Positions 1-2,241 of a DNA stretch of 2,241 nt are shown here, one piece after another. Each line of letters starts with the position of its first letter. Position 1 is the first letter of the stretch. The notes beneath the pieces are model-generated. The model ran no database searches. It was not told the DNA's origin and saw nothing but the letters and a program-made list of their open reading frames with translations. The translations under genes and the position numbers were made by a program. Origin of the DNA: Escherichia coli (GTDB lineage Bacteria; Pseudomonadota; Gammaproteobacteria; Enterobacterales; Enterobacteriaceae); the NCBI RefSeq assembly GCF_003334815.1, contig NZ_QOWO01000087.1. One strand, 5' to 3'.

Positions 1-183
1 GTCCTCAAAATTCCAGGAGCGCCAGATCAACGTGCCATCCTGACGGACAACCAGGCGAAAATGCGTTCCCTGATCATCCTCGATAAAGACATTCCGGTAC
101 TGTGTAACAACGGTTTCAGCACACTCGCGGGTGAATGCCCCATCGGGTAGTTCATGAATCATTTCATCGGATTTGTTCATCAT
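1..183 (-). CDS. Partial CDS (N-terminal ~60 codons; 3' end lies beyond position 1) of a hypothetical plasmid leading-region protein immediately downstream of ssb
   Basis: Minus-strand frame is open from ATG at 180 (alternative ATG at 183) to the window edge with no stop: [60 protein letters not shown]... GGAG (complement of 188-191) lies 7 nt upstream of the ATG at 180. Amino-acid composition is ordinary, not GC-artefact-like. Same strand as ssb, 53 bp downstream. Not in the supplied ORF track, presumably because no stop is in the window. Family not recognised. Confidence 0.55.
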   Translation of the reverse strand, partial: MMNKSDEMIHELPDGAFTRECAETVVTQYRNVFIEDDQGTHFRLVVRQDGTLIWRSWNFED

Positions 184-197
184 CGTTCTCCGGTAAT

Positions 198-216
198 GCC
201 CCACACATGGTGGGGC
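198..216. other. Intercistronic hairpin (7-bp stem 198-204/210-216, 5-nt loop) between the ssb stop and the downstream ORF start
   Basis: GCCCCAC-acatg-GTGGGGC is perfectly self-complementary by direct base pairing. On the minus-strand RNA it is not followed by a U-tract, so it is not a canonical intrinsic terminator. Confidence 0.6.
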
Positions 217-236
217 TGTCAGAAAAATCAGCCAGA

Positions 237-764
237 TCAGAATGGCGCATCATCGTCGTAGCCATAAGGAGGTTCTGGCTGTTGTTGAGGCTGAGGCTCT
301 GGCTGCGCGGCCTTACGTCCACGGCCTTTCGTTTTCGCGCCACCTTTTTTCGTCGCGTCAGCACTCTGTGGCTGCCCATTCTGCTGAGGCTTCGGTTGCG
401 CCTGAGCGTTCTGCTGTGGTGCACGTCCCAGCATCTGCACGGTGCCCGTGGTCTTAACAAGAATTTCAGTGACGTAACGGGTGATACCGTTATCTTCCCA
501 GCTACGGGTGCGAAGCTGACCTTCGATGTAGACCTGCGCACCCTTGCGCAGATATTCACCTGCCACTTCCGCGAGCTTGCCGAACAGCACCACGCGGTGC
601 CATTCCGTCTGCTCCCGCATCTCCCCCGTCTGTTTGTCACGCCAGCTTTCTGATGTGGCCACCTGCAGGTTTGCCACTGCGCCCCCGTTGGGGATGTAAC
701 GGACTTCCGGATCATTGCCCAGACGCCCGACGAGGATGACCTTGTTGATACCACGTGCACTCAT
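237..764 (-). CDS. ssb: Single-stranded DNA-binding protein, plasmid-type SSB (175 aa)
   Basis: The translation matches the E. coli SSB OB-fold block nearly residue for residue as I recall it ([81 protein letters not shown]), followed by a Gln/Pro/Gly-rich disordered linker and the acidic C-terminal tip DDDAPF (E. coli: DDDIPF). AGGAGG (complement of 770-775) sits 5 nt upstream of the ATG at 764. Stop TGA is the complement of 237-239. Confidence 0.95.
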   Translation of the reverse strand: MSARGINKVILVGRLGNDPEVRYIPNGGAVANLQVATSESWRDKQTGEMREQTEWHRVVLFGKLAEVAGEYLRKGAQVYIEGQLRTRSWEDNGITRYVTEILVKTTGTVQMLGRAPQQNAQAQPKPQQNGQPQSADATKKGGAKTKGRGRKAAQPEPQPQQQPEPPYGYDDDAPF

Positions 765-769
765 AAGAA

Positions 770-775
770 CCTCCT
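770..775 (-). promoter_or_regulatory. Shine-Dalgarno sequence of ssb (AGGAGG, 5-nt spacer)
   Basis: The minus strand reads CAGTCAGGAGGTTCTT-ATG. Confidence 0.85.
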
Positions 776-833
776 GACTGAAAGATGTGAGATAAACCGG
801 ATACCGGCGACGGGACGTTCATGTGCCCCTTCA

Positions 834-851
834 GAGGAGCGAAAGCTCCTC
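834..851. other. Hairpin with 7-bp stem and GAAA tetraloop (GAGGAGC-gaaa-GCTCCTC)
   Basis: Perfect complementarity 834-840/845-851 with loop 841-844. On the plus strand the loop is a GNRA-type sequence. Confidence 0.6.
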
Positions 852-856
852 CTGCC

Positions 857-890
857 GTCCACTTCACAGGGGTTTCTCCCCGCAGTGGAC
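857..890. other. Imperfect two-part hairpin (outer stem 857-863/884-890, inner stem GGGG 869-872 / CCCC 878-881, loop tttct)
   Basis: GTCCACT...AGTGGAC outer arms are perfectly complementary (7 bp); the inner GGGG/CCCC stem is separated from it by an internal loop. Confidence 0.5.
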
Positions 891-922
891 CTTTCCGATG
901 GGGGCCCGTTTACCGCCTCACG

Positions 923-934
923 GGACAGCTGTCC
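923..934. repeat. 12-bp perfect palindrome GGACAGCTGTCC (contains CAGCTG)
   Basis: The sequence equals its own reverse complement. A second CAGCTG-centred palindrome, GCAGCTGC, occurs at 1270-1277. Confidence 0.7.
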
Positions 935-939
935 GGGGG

Positions 940-987
940 CGGACGCAAAATTTTTAGCCGGGTTCATGGCTAAAAATTTTGTGGCCG
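940..987. repeat. Perfect 14-bp AT-rich inverted repeat (946-959 / 968-981) with 8-nt spacer, extendable imperfectly to 940-987
   Basis: CAAAATTTTTAGCC-gggttcat-GGCTAAAAATTTTG: every one of 14 positions pairs. Flanking 940-945/982-987 add four Watson-Crick pairs with one G-T and one mismatch. It is the only AT-rich perfect hairpin in an otherwise GC-rich region. Confidence 0.85.
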
Positions 988-1092
988 GTGCATCTCACCC
1001 TGGACAGATGGAACGGGAGGGGGTTACGTCTGCCCCCCGGAAAGTCCACAGCGGGAAACAGGCCGCAGGGGTGGCGGCAGGAGGGAAGACTG

Positions 1093-1134
1093 CTGCGCCA
1101 TCAGGCGCAGTTTCCTCACACACCGTCAGGTGTG
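1093..1134. other. Two adjacent tetraloop hairpins (CTGCGCC-atca-GGCGCAG at 1093-1110; CACACC-gtca-GGTGTG at 1119-1134)
   Basis: Perfect 7-bp and 6-bp stems confirmed by base pairing, separated by 8 nt. Confidence 0.6.
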
Positions 1135-1150
1135 CAGGGAGCGCAGGTCA

Positions 1151-1185
1151 CGGCGCGACAGGGGCGGCGCGACCGGAACGGTCGC
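1151..1185. repeat. Direct repeat CGGCGCGAC x2 (1151-1159, 1165-1173); the second copy overlaps a hairpin GCGACC-ggaac-GGTCGC (1169-1185)
   Basis: Exact 9-bp direct repeat with 5-bp spacer, read directly. The hairpin has a 6-bp perfect stem. Confidence 0.6.
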
Positions 1186-1358
1186 TGCAAGCCGGGTTTT
1201 CACGCATCGGACCGTAGCGGCAGCCCGAAACCGCGCCAGCGGGTTCGGCGGAGACTGGCGGGTGCGCCAGCAGCTGCCTGTCGGAGTCGGGCCTGACGAC
1301 CGGATGCCGCCAGGCAGCCGGGAGCCGAAGTGGGCGCAATAAAAGACAGCCAGAAACG

Positions 1359-1371
1359 GTGACAGTGTCAC
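1359..1371. repeat. 13-bp palindrome GTGACA-g-TGTCAC; candidate operator for a dimeric DNA-binding protein
   Basis: Six-bp arms are perfectly complementary around a central G. It lies in the only AT-richer patch (about 1331-1410) of the intergenic region. The operator role is inference. Confidence 0.45.
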
Positions 1372-1373
1372 GG

Positions 1374-1382
1374 AATATCACA
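1374..1382 (-). promoter_or_regulatory. Possible extended -10 element (TGtGATATT on the minus strand) for conventional transcription toward ssb
   Basis: Minus strand reads TG-t-GATATT. The hexamer keeps the A at -11 and T at -7 but has G at -12, and there is no good -35. A start site about 7 nt downstream would fall inside the 1359-1371 palindrome. Weak, by-eye call. Confidence 0.2.
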
Positions 1383-1434
1383 CCTGTTCCCTGCATACAG
1401 CCATACACTACCTTCTGACCGGAAAGCCGGGCCG

Positions 1435-1453
1435 GCAGCGCCGCAGGCGCTGC
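1435..1453. other. Hairpin with 8-bp GC stem and 3-nt loop (GCAGCGCC-gca-GGCGCTGC)
   Basis: Perfect pairing 1435-1442/1446-1453. Confidence 0.6.
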
Positions 1454-1466
1454 ACCCCGCATTTCC

Positions 1467-1525
1467 GGCAGGCGTCAGCCTGCCAGGGGTTTTCGCGCGG
1501 GCTGACAGGCGGCCTCCACCGCCTG
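1467..1525. other. Two GC-rich hairpins in the 3' untranslated region of the 63-aa ORF (1467-1484 GGCAGGC-gtca-GCCTGCC; 1506-1525 CAGGCGG-cctcca-CCGCCTG), the second nested inside CAGGGG (1484-1489) / CCCCTG (1526-1531)
   Basis: Perfect 7-bp stems confirmed by pairing. Neither is followed by a U-tract on the minus-strand RNA, so an intrinsic terminator is not supported. Confidence 0.5.
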
Positions 1526-1533
1526 CCCCTGTA

Positions 1534-1725
1534 TCACCTGTTTCTGCTGCCCTGAAGGATGTAGTGACCGCCGAGGAATACAGCCTGCTGATTCGCCACA
1601 AAATCGCAGATTTCATCAACAATCTGCGCAGTGGTGAGCGGTTTCTGCCCCATTTCACGACGCCGCGCATTAATCACGGCTTTGTAATTGCGCAGAATTT
1701 CGCGGGTTTCTGTGCTGATATTCAT
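1534..1725 (-). CDS. Small hypothetical protein (63 aa, mildly basic), translationally coupled to the upstream 140-aa ORF
   Basis: The ATG (complement of 1723-1725) overlaps the upstream stop TGA (complement of 1722-1724) in an ATGA arrangement. GGGGAG lies 8 nt upstream of the ATG. Composition is ordinary. It may belong to a small leading-region protein family (DUF905-like is a recollection of typical plasmid annotations, unverified). The competing track ORF 1368-1670 is GC-artefact-like. Confidence 0.6.
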   Translation of the reverse strand: MNISTETREILRNYKAVINARRREMGQKPLTTAQIVDEICDFVANQQAVFLGGHYILQGSRNR

Positions 1726-2144
1726 GACATGTGCTCCCCGTCCAGCGCCTGTAACACAACGTCCATTGCTTCGCGTTCTTCCCTGACGAATGCGTCACCG
1801 TCGCCCCCGTTCTCGCTCCCGACGGCATACAGGCGCTTCATTTCACTGCCTGCCAGCGCCATCACTTTTTCCAGCATCACCGCCGGAACTGTCACCTGAC
1901 GGCTGGCGCGCTTTTCTTCCATCAGCTCACGAACAACGTCGTGAACAATGCTGACATCCGCACCATGCTCAAAGGCATCGTCCAGTCGCTGCATGACGGT
2001 TTCCAGCTCATCGTCTGTCAGACTCCAGTCCTGGGCTATGTGACGCACATCCCCACGGGTCAGCACCACGGCAAAAACGCATTCACTGTCCGGCACGTCT
2101 GTGTTCAGCACTTCGCGGATAATTTCTTTAACAGTACAGTACAT
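1722..2144 (-). CDS. Hypothetical strongly acidic protein (140 aa; about 30 Asp+Glu vs 14 Lys+Arg by my count), leading-region gene of unknown function
   Basis: Long clean ORF with AAGGAG (complement of 2153-2158) 8 nt upstream of the ATG at 2144. Same orientation as ssb. Family not recognised with certainty (DUF1380-like is a recollection, unverified). Confidence 0.75.
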   Translation of the reverse strand: MYCTVKEIIREVLNTDVPDSECVFAVVLTRGDVRHIAQDWSLTDDELETVMQRLDDAFEHGADVSIVHDVVRELMEEKRASRQVTVPAVMLEKVMALAGSEMKRLYAVGSENGGDGDAFVREEREAMDVVLQALDGEHMS

Positions 2145-2152
2145 GTTCTCGT

Positions 2153-2158
2153 CTCCTT
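2153..2158 (-). promoter_or_regulatory. Shine-Dalgarno sequence (AAGGAG) of the 140-aa ORF
   Basis: Minus strand reads AAGGAGACGAGAAC-ATG, an 8-nt spacer. Confidence 0.8.
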
Positions 2159-2162
2159 TACA

Positions 2163-2181
2163 GGGGCGGCATTGCCGCCCC
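2163..2181. other. Intercistronic GC hairpin (8-bp stem GGGGCGGC / GCCGCCCC, 3-nt loop) just upstream of the 140-aa ORF ribosome-binding site
   Basis: Perfect pairing 2163-2170/2174-2181. On the minus-strand RNA it is followed by UGUAAAGGAG, not a U-tract. Confidence 0.6.
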
Positions 2182-2190
2182 GTCCGTTAA

Positions 2191-2241
2191 TCAGTCCAGT
2201 GCCGCGTAAATCGCGTTGCATTCGGGGTGAAATTCGATGTG
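2191..2241 (-). CDS. Possible 3' end of an upstream minus-strand gene (fragment only)
   Basis: One minus-strand frame is open from the window edge to a TGA at 2191-2193 (...HIEFHPECNAIYAALD*). A second frame is open to a TAA at 2188-2190 and the third frame is also open, so the true frame cannot be decided from about 50 nt. Supported only by the downstream hairpin and the operon-like context. Confidence 0.25.
   Translation of the reverse strand, partial: HIEFHPECNAIYAALD

Larger units (their letters stand above)
765..1533 (-). promoter_or_regulatory. Long structured noncoding region upstream of ssb; candidate single-stranded-DNA promoter / single-strand initiation element (Frpo-like) plus the conventional ssb promoter region
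   Basis: About 770 bp lie between the stop of the 63-aa ORF and the ssb start with no credible ORF. All track ORFs here are multi-frame overlapping and Arg/Ala/Gly/Pro-rich, as expected from GC-rich noncoding DNA. The region is visibly G+C-rich (for example 44 of 60 bases in 1141-1200 by my count) and packed with short perfect hairpins. Its position directly upstream of a plasmid ssb matches where ssDNA promoters are found in F-like and I1-like leading regions. The assignment is inference; no specific -35/-10 within a stem could be identified by eye. Confidence 0.4.

Noticed and set aside
242-457. Plus-strand ORF of 71 aa
   Set aside because: Antisense to ssb; low-complexity Ala/Ser/His-rich translation.
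135-653. Plus-strand ORF of 172 aa
   Set aside because: Lies antisense to the confidently identified ssb; translation is Arg/Leu/Trp-rich with no ribosome-binding site. Typical shadow ORF.
164-760. Minus-strand ORF of 198 aa in an alternative frame over ssb
   Set aside because: Overlaps ssb on the same strand in another frame; highly Arg/Ser-rich; the SSB frame has unmistakable homology.
1011-1085. G-rich runs (GGGAGGGGG, CAGGGGTGGCGGCAGGAGGG) as a possible G-quadruplex
   Set aside because: Fewer than four well-spaced GGG tracts on one strand within a compact span; the complementary C-runs are better explained as hairpin stems.
761-1462. Track ORFs inside the intergenic region (761-967 -, 885-1217 +, 979-1296 +, 1126-1371 -, 1130-1342 +, 1148-1462 -)
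   Set aside because: Mutually overlapping in several frames on both strands, Arg/Ala/Gly/Pro-rich, no convincing ribosome-binding sites; 1126-1371 starts with GTG inside the palindrome. This pattern is expected from GC-rich noncoding DNA. A very small peptide cannot be fully excluded.
1368-1670. Minus-strand ORF of 100 aa overlapping the 63-aa ORF
   Set aside because: Different frame from the translationally coupled 63-aa ORF; its N-terminal part is normal-looking only where it overlaps real coding sequence and the rest is Gly/Ala/Arg-rich. The ATGA-coupled 63-aa ORF with its ribosome-binding site is the better model.
1564-1899. Plus-strand ORF of 111 aa
   Set aside because: Antisense to the 63-aa and 140-aa ORFs; Ser/Thr/Ala-rich; no ribosome-binding site.
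1534-2144. Toxin-antitoxin interpretation of the coupled 140-aa / 63-aa pair
   Set aside because: The size order and charge pattern do not match common type II modules, no recognisable toxin motifs were seen by eye, and the leading-region context favours establishment or anti-defence functions. Not excluded, only unsupported.
198-2181. Interpreting the GC hairpins (198-216, 1435-1453, 1467-1525, 2163-2181) as Rho-independent terminators
   Set aside because: None is followed by a U-rich tract on the minus-strand transcript (or a T-tract on the plus strand), so the canonical terminator signature is missing.
1-2241. CRISPR array, insertion-sequence inverted ends, tRNA or rRNA genes
   Set aside because: No regularly spaced direct repeats with unique spacers, no terminal inverted repeats flanking a transposase-like ORF, and no cloverleaf-compatible or rRNA-like segments were found.

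Overview
Read by eye on both strands, this window looks like part of the leading (first-transferred) region of an enterobacterial conjugative plasmid, with all credible genes on the minus strand. In order of transcription (high to low coordinates): the possible 3' tail of an upstream gene (2191-2241), a strongly acidic 140-aa ORF (1722-2144), a translationally coupled 63-aa ORF (1534-1725), a ~770-bp GC-rich, hairpin-dense region with no credible coding (765-1533), a plasmid-type single-stranded DNA-binding protein gene ssb (237-764), and the start of a further ORF that runs off the window (1-183). The most interesting signal is the large structured region directly upstream of ssb, which is where single-strand promoters (Frpo-type) sit in known leading regions; it contains a perfect 14-bp AT-rich inverted repeat and many short GC hairpins. 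The acidic 140-aa / 63-aa pair is a second candidate, possibly an uncharacterised leading-region (anti-defence-like) module. No tRNA, rRNA, CRISPR array or insertion-sequence end was recognised. All family assignments are from reading the translations; no database search was possible.
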